NCBI GenBank assembly: GCA_038242375.1
Contig: JBBSSE010000001.1
Location: 1 to 32,191 of the forward strand
From: Chitinophagales bacterium
Lineage (GTDB): Bacteria; Bacteroidota; Bacteroidia; Chitinophagales; Chitinophagaceae
DNA length: 32,191 nt
Reading direction: 5' to 3'
Position numbers and translations under genes: made by a program. The notes below the pieces were generated by a model. It worked only from the letters and a program-made list of their open reading frames with translations, searched no databases and was not told the DNA's origin. Shown piece after piece: positions 27,538 through 32,191 of this stretch (position 1 is the stretch's first letter; every line of letters starts with the position of its first letter).

Positions 27538-28578
27538 ATGACAAAGATATTGGTCGTAGATGATGAAAAGGATTTGGAACAGCTCATAAAACAAAAGTTT
27601 CGCCGGCAAATACGGGAACAACAATACCAATTTACGTTTGCTTCCGACGGGAATGAGGCGATTGCAAAAATGAAAGAGGACGAGGGAATAGACATTGTTC
27701 TTACGGATATTAATATGCCCGGCATGGATGGGTTAACGCTCATCGCTAAATTGAGTGAAAGCAATCCTTTGACAAAATCCATTATTATTTCAGCTTATGG
27801 AGATATGGAAAACATCCGGGCGGCCATGAACCGGGGTGCGTATGATTTTTTATGTAAACCGGTAAATTTCCAGGATTTGGAAGTGACCATTCAGAAAACA
27901 ATCAGCTATGTAACACAGCTTCACCAAACAATTGAAGCGATCCGCGAAAACAATATTTTGAAAATGTACGTGGATAAAAATGTCCTGAATTTTATGAGCA
28001 GCCGGGAATTTGAATCATCCCTCATGTTGAGTGAGAACATCAATGGCACCGTGGTTTTTGTAGATATATGCAACTTTACGGCTATCACAGAAAAAGAGCC
28101 TGCTGATGTGGTGGTGAAATTATTGAACCGCTATTTTGATGTGATGGTAAAAGAGATCATCGCCCAGGATGGCTACATTGATAAATTTATGGGCGATGCT
28201 GTCATGGCGATATTCAGGGGTGAATTTCACCTTGACAGAGCAATTGAAGCATGTCTTGCGCTTCGTAAAAAGATCGAAAATCTTCCCAATCAATCTGATG
28301 AAATTACTTTTAATCCAAAAATTTCCATGGGGATTAATTGTGGTGATATGGTTTCGGGTAATATCGGATCCGTGAATCTGCGTCGGTTGGATTACACGGT
28401 TATTGGCGATACGGTCAATACCGCACAGCGCCTGCAAAGCATTGCAAAAGAAGGACAAATCATTGTTGCCGATGATGCTTATCAAAAGGTGAAAGATTCA
28501 TTTCATTGTGAAAAGATTGGAGAGGTCGCTTTAAAACATAAAGCAAAACCTGTAACCATCTATAGCGTGGTAGATTAA
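27538..28578 (+). CDS. Receiver domain fused to class III adenylate/guanylate cyclase
   Basis: N-terminal REC; cyclase motifs [15 protein letters not shown] and [15 protein letters not shown]. Confidence 0.95.
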   Translation: MTKILVVDDEKDLEQLIKQKFRRQIREQQYQFTFASDGNEAIAKMKEDEGIDIVLTDINMPGMDGLTLIAKLSESNPLTKSIIISAYGDMENIRAAMNRGAYDFLCKPVNFQDLEVTIQKTISYVTQLHQTIEAIRENNILKMYVDKNVLNFMSSREFESSLMLSENINGTVVFVDICNFTAITEKEPADVVVKLLNRYFDVMVKEIIAQDGYIDKFMGDAVMAIFRGEFHLDRAIEACLALRKKIENLPNQSDEITFNPKISMGINCGDMVSGNIGSVNLRRLDYTVIGDTVNTAQRLQSIAKEGQIIVADDAYQKVKDSFHCEKIGEVALKHKAKPVTIYSVVD

Positions 28579-28787
28579 GGTTTTGGTTTTCTTTTTTATT
28601 AAGTAGCGTATTCATTTTATGAAGTCCCGTAAATTTCCTCATGTCTTTTATCAAAGAGACAAGGGAACTGTATAATTTTCAATTTACTAAGCAGGAAAAT
28701 TGATGGTATCATTTTAGATAGAAGTATTTTTCTTGAAGAAAGTGTTGAATTTTGGATTTAAAATATTTATTAAAATAAACAATCATT

Positions 28788-29120
28788 ATGAACGATTATC
28801 ACACCTACAAAGAATGTATTACTGCCTGTTTAGAATGCGCCGCAGTTTGTAACCACTGTGCCTCTTCTTGTCTGAAGGAAGAAAACATAAAAATGATGGC
28901 AAAATGTATCCAGTTGGATATGGAATGTGCGGCCCTTTGTTATGCATCAGCCCAACTCATGAGTCTTGGAAGTGAGAAAGCAATAGAGCTTTGTCTTATT
29001 TGTGCTGAAATGTGCGATGCATGTGCAACGGAATGCGGACAACACGACACAGAACATTGCCAGGAATGTTCCAAAATGTGTTTGAAATGTGCTGAGATGT
29101 GCCGTGAAATGGCGGCGTAA
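28788..29120 (+). CDS. Cys-rich four-helix-bundle copper-binding protein (Csp3/DUF326-like)
   Basis: 19 Cys in 110 aa arranged as CxxxC/CxxC repeats; no signal peptide. Confidence 0.92.
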   Translation: MNDYHTYKECITACLECAAVCNHCASSCLKEENIKMMAKCIQLDMECAALCYASAQLMSLGSEKAIELCLICAEMCDACATECGQHDTEHCQECSKMCLKCAEMCREMAA

Positions 29121-29130
29121 GGAAGTGAAG

Positions 29131-29187
29131 CAAACCTAAAGGCGTTTTCAGCCAGGCCTTGTGTGTAGCAAAACCCTTTAGCGTTTG
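29131..29187. repeat. Imperfect inverted repeat
   Basis: CAAACCTAAAGGCGTTTT pairs imperfectly with AAAACCCTTTAGCGTTTG. Confidence 0.45.
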
Positions 29188-29254
29188 ACTCAGAGAAAGG
29201 ATTTGTTCGAAAGGATGAAGCCCTTCCTTATTTTTATTTTGAAAAAAATCCGGA

Positions 29255-30214
29255 GTGAAATCATTTAAAATTAACCCCAAAGCCCGGTCGGAGATTAATA
29301 CGGGTTTTGGTGCGAATTCCTCAGATTATGGAGGCCGTTTTGTCAATAAAAGCGGAAGACCAAATGTTGAAAAAAAAGGCGTCGGGTACTTTGAAAGAAT
29401 AAGTTGGTATCATGTTTTATTGGACATGCCGCAATGGAAATTTCTATTATCCATCGTTCTGTTTTACCTGGTTGTAAACCTCGGATTTGCCACGTTTTAT
29501 TTTTATGTTGGGCCCCGTGAATTTGGTGGAACGTCTACCAGTTCACGTTTTGAACAATATGCTGAAGCCTTCTTTTTCAGCAGCCAGTCATTTACGATTG
29601 GTGGATATGGAAGACTAGATGCAGGAAATTTATTGGTCAATGCCGTTTGTGCGCTGGAAGCTTTTCTCGGATTATTAACCCTGGCAGTCATAACAGGTTT
29701 ACTTTATGGAAGATTTTCAAAACCCAAAGCCTACATTCGTTTTAGCGAAAATGCAATACTGGCTCCTTTTCATAATGGAAAGGCGATTATGTTACGATTA
29801 GCTCCTTTTAAAAATACGACACTCACAGATGCGGAAGCCAAGGTTAGTTTAGGATTGATCATGGAAGAAGATGGAGAAATGGTGAACAAATTTTATCAGC
29901 TTCCCCTCGAATATAATTCAGTAAATGCTTTAACTCTTAGCTGGACGATCGTGCACCCGATAAATGAAGCAAGTCCCTTTTTTAATTTTACAGAAAATGA
30001 TTTTAAGAATGCGAAAGGGGAGATATTGGTGTATGTAAAAGCCTTTGATGATATGTTTTCGAATACGGTTGTCGCGCGCACTTCGTATACGATGGATGAA
30101 TTAATTATTGGTGCAAAATTTAATCCTGTATATCATAAATCTGATGATAATTCAAGAACGCTGCTGCACCTGGATAAATTGAATTCTTTCAACCCGGTGG
30201 AGCTAAATTTTTAG
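29255..30214 (+). CDS. Inward-rectifier-type (KirBac-like) ion channel
   Basis: Two TMs, pore AFFFSSQSFTIGGYG, GL.YGRFS.P..IRFS..A and LSWTIVHPI...SP; GTG start. Confidence 0.9.
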   Translation: MKSFKINPKARSEINTGFGANSSDYGGRFVNKSGRPNVEKKGVGYFERISWYHVLLDMPQWKFLLSIVLFYLVVNLGFATFYFYVGPREFGGTSTSSRFEQYAEAFFFSSQSFTIGGYGRLDAGNLLVNAVCALEAFLGLLTLAVITGLLYGRFSKPKAYIRFSENAILAPFHNGKAIMLRLAPFKNTTLTDAEAKVSLGLIMEEDGEMVNKFYQLPLEYNSVNALTLSWTIVHPINEASPFFNFTENDFKNAKGEILVYVKAFDDMFSNTVVARTSYTMDELIIGAKFNPVYHKSDDNSRTLLHLDKLNSFNPVELNF

Positions 30215-30220
30215 AAGGAA

Positions 30221-30311
30221 ACACGAATAGGAAGAAAGATGGAAACACGAATTTTAGACACGAACAGGGAGAAAGATGGAAACACGAATTTTAGGCACGA
30301 ATTACACGAAT
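30221..30311. repeat. 37-bp direct repeat x2 with CACGAA cores
   Basis: 30221-30257 matches 30258-30294 closely; six CACGAA words in 91 bp. Confidence 0.8.
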
Positions 30312-30326
30312 AAGAATACTGCTTTT

Positions 30327-30375
30327 ACCTACAACCTACAGCCTGATACCTGATACCTGACACCTGAAACCTATT
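30327..30375. repeat. Heptamer tandem repeat (RCCTNNN) x7
   Basis: ACCTACA ACCTACA GCCTGAT ACCTGAT ACCTGAC ACCTGAA ACCTATT. Confidence 0.75.
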
Positions 30376-30380
30376 TCCAG

Positions 30381-30479
30381 GTCGGCACCGAAGGTCAGAC
30401 CAGCTATCCTTCAATGCATTCTTTTTTCTAAAATAATATAGTCTTAGGTTCTATCCGCTGTCTGACCTTCGATGCCGAC
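30381..30479. repeat. REP-doublet-like 20-bp inverted repeat
   Basis: GTCGGCACCGAAGGTCAGAC (30381-30400) and GTCTGACCTTCGATGCCGAC (30460-30479), one mismatch. Confidence 0.85.
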
Positions 30480-30496
30480 AGCTAAATTCATCTGAT

Positions 30497-30594
30497 GAAC
30501 TCTGAACTCTGAACTCTGAACTCCTAACTCTGAACTCTGAACTTCGAACTCTGAACTTCGAACTCTGAACTTCGAACTCTGAACTTCGAACTCC
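30497..30594. repeat. Heptamer microsatellite (GAACTYY) x14
   Basis: GAACTCT/GAACTTC/GAACTCC units (one TAACTCT), ending 3 bp from the patatin stop codon. Confidence 0.95.
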
Positions 30595-30597
30595 GAA

Positions 30598-31365
30598 TTA
30601 TTCTACCAATTTCAAAATCCTATCCTGCACCTCCATTGTAGCTTCGTATCCTTTTTTAAATATGATATCGGCTTTTTTAGTATCAAGCATTCCGTAACTA
30701 TTCAGGTCAGGTTCTATGAATAAATCGCAATAATGTGCTTTGGAATAAACAGACGTTGAAATAGAAATATGATAACATCTTTCAATGGTGTTAAAGCGTG
30801 AAAACCGGGTATTTGGATTGTCGTATTCTTTTAGTTTGTTCACATGTGAACCGATTAATTTATCACAAATACCGATCAATGGTTCCACCGGAAAATTATT
30901 CAGCAAGCCGCCATCTACCAACATTCTTTCTTTTATATTGGCCGGGCTGAACAGAATGGGTACAGAAGCAGAAGCTTCAATACATGGGATCAGTTCACCT
31001 TCAGAAAAATAAACACTTTCTACTTTGGTGAAATCTGTGGCATTTACAATTAGGGGAATATTTAAACTTTCAAAACTGTTGTGCGGCAGGTATTCCACCA
31101 GTATTTTATGAATGAATTCCCTTGAAAATAGACCTCCTCTTCGCCATAGGAGGTTTGAGAATCCAAAATTAATTTGACGCTTTCCGATTTCCAGTATCTC
31201 ATCCGGAGAAATGCCTGAAGCATACAGGGCACCTACAATTGCACCAGCGCTTACACCGGAAATGGCTGACGGTTTTACGCCAATTTCATCCATTGCTTTT
31301 AATAAACCCAAATGAGCAATTCCTCTTATGCCGCCGCCGCTTAATACTAACCCGATTTTATTCAT
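30598..31365 (-). CDS. Patatin-like phospholipase
   Basis: LSGGGIRG, GVSAG (GxSxG), ASAS.P and DGG motifs. Confidence 0.95.
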   Translation of the reverse strand: MNKIGLVLSGGGIRGIAHLGLLKAMDEIGVKPSAISGVSAGAIVGALYASGISPDEILEIGKRQINFGFSNLLWRRGGLFSREFIHKILVEYLPHNSFESLNIPLIVNATDFTKVESVYFSEGELIPCIEASASVPILFSPANIKERMLVDGGLLNNFPVEPLIGICDKLIGSHVNKLKEYDNPNTRFSRFNTIERCYHISISTSVYSKAHYCDLFIEPDLNSYGMLDTKKADIIFKKGYEATMEVQDRILKLVE

Positions 31366-31530
31366 AGCAGTGTATGATGTTTTATTATTTATCCCGAAGG
31401 TGTATTATTTTTTACACTTCCCGGACTTGCCCATAAAGTTTTTCGGAGAACTTCTGTTTATATCGGTATATCTGTGGATTATTTTCTTTTATCCCGTAGA
31501 ATATAACCTGGTAAAAGATCATGATTCAAA

Positions 31531-31929
31531 TTAAGAAGGATTCGCTTTTGCCAGTGAATCCTTCTTGATTCTCAATACCGATTCTATTTTAGTGGAAATA
31601 TCATTCAGACCAAATGGTTTTTCCAGGCATGCATCGGCTCCATAATAGTCATAATCTTGCAGTGCGTTACTGGCTGCAGAAAATAAAATGATCTTTAAAT
31701 GTTTTGTGTCCTTATTTGTCTTGAGCGTCTTGCACAACTCTCTGCCGTCAAAGCCGGATAAGTATATATCGAGTATCAGTAAGTCGGGATTAAATGAAGC
31801 AATATCTTCCTTGATGGTTTTGGCATTTGAAACTGTTTTCACTTCAAAATCCTTTATTTCAAGAAACATTTTCATTCCTTCCAGAATGTCTTTAGAATCA
31901 TCTACGATCAATATTTTGGCTTGGGGCAT
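31531..31929 (-). CDS. Single-domain response regulator
   Basis: ILIVDD, LLILD..L...DG, ILFSA and EKPF; ATG 31929 preferred over 31974. Confidence 0.92.
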   Translation of the reverse strand: MPQAKILIVDDSKDILEGMKMFLEIKDFEVKTVSNAKTIKEDIASFNPDLLILDIYLSGFDGRELCKTLKTNKDTKHLKIILFSAASNALQDYDYYGADACLEKPFGLNDISTKIESVLRIKKDSLAKANPS

Positions 31930-32191
31930 ATTTAAAATTAGATCAAAGATTTGAATTGGGCAAAAAAGCTCCATGAATCTTTTATACTTTTTATTTTTAA
32001 CGACTTAAAAATCGGATTGATTAAAGATGTTTTGCCAGGCCTTGTTCTTTTCTTGCTAAAATAATTAGCACAGTAAATGCTAAAAGTGTTAGCTTTGTAT
32101 TGTCATTCAAATGGAAACGATTAAAAAATAATATGTACCTCAATTGCAAAACATATTTCAGCTTTCGATACGGTACTATGCCGGCGAAAGA

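Noticed and set aside
28700-28712. TTGAT-GGT-ATCAT upstream of the copper protein gene
   Set aside because: The spacer is 3 bp rather than 4.

Overview
AT-rich bacterial chromosomal window, most likely Bacteroidota (TAnnTTTG-type promoters, TonB receptor/DUF4249 pair; Chitinophagaceae-like by inference). The flanks hold stress and redox genes: the 3' end of a P-type cation ATPase, a split P-loop kinase/APH-like pair, three universal stress proteins, a DAACS symporter, a DUF302-DUF2892-OsmC-rhodanese-thioredoxin cluster, a His kinase-receiver-receiver/adenylate cyclase operon, a Cys-rich copper-binding protein, a Kir-type channel and a patatin. The middle (about 7.77-15.7 kb) is a decaying accessory region of co-oriented genes and pseudogenes. 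Three non-coding signals stand out. (1) A palindrome (C/A)TGAY-N4-RTCAT occurs six times, and five copies sit 22-23 bp upstream of a -7 promoter element, suggesting a Crp/Fnr-type regulon that includes an unannotated 54-aa membrane protein. (2) Homologous ~195-bp attC-like inverted-repeat spacers follow genes in the accessory region, like an integron cassette array without an integrase in view. (3) A ~194-bp element built of four alternating REP-like units occurs three times, and its right end abuts 5'-truncated genes twice. No rRNA, tRNA, CRISPR array or transposase was recognised. Family calls rest on motif recognition only, not on database searches.
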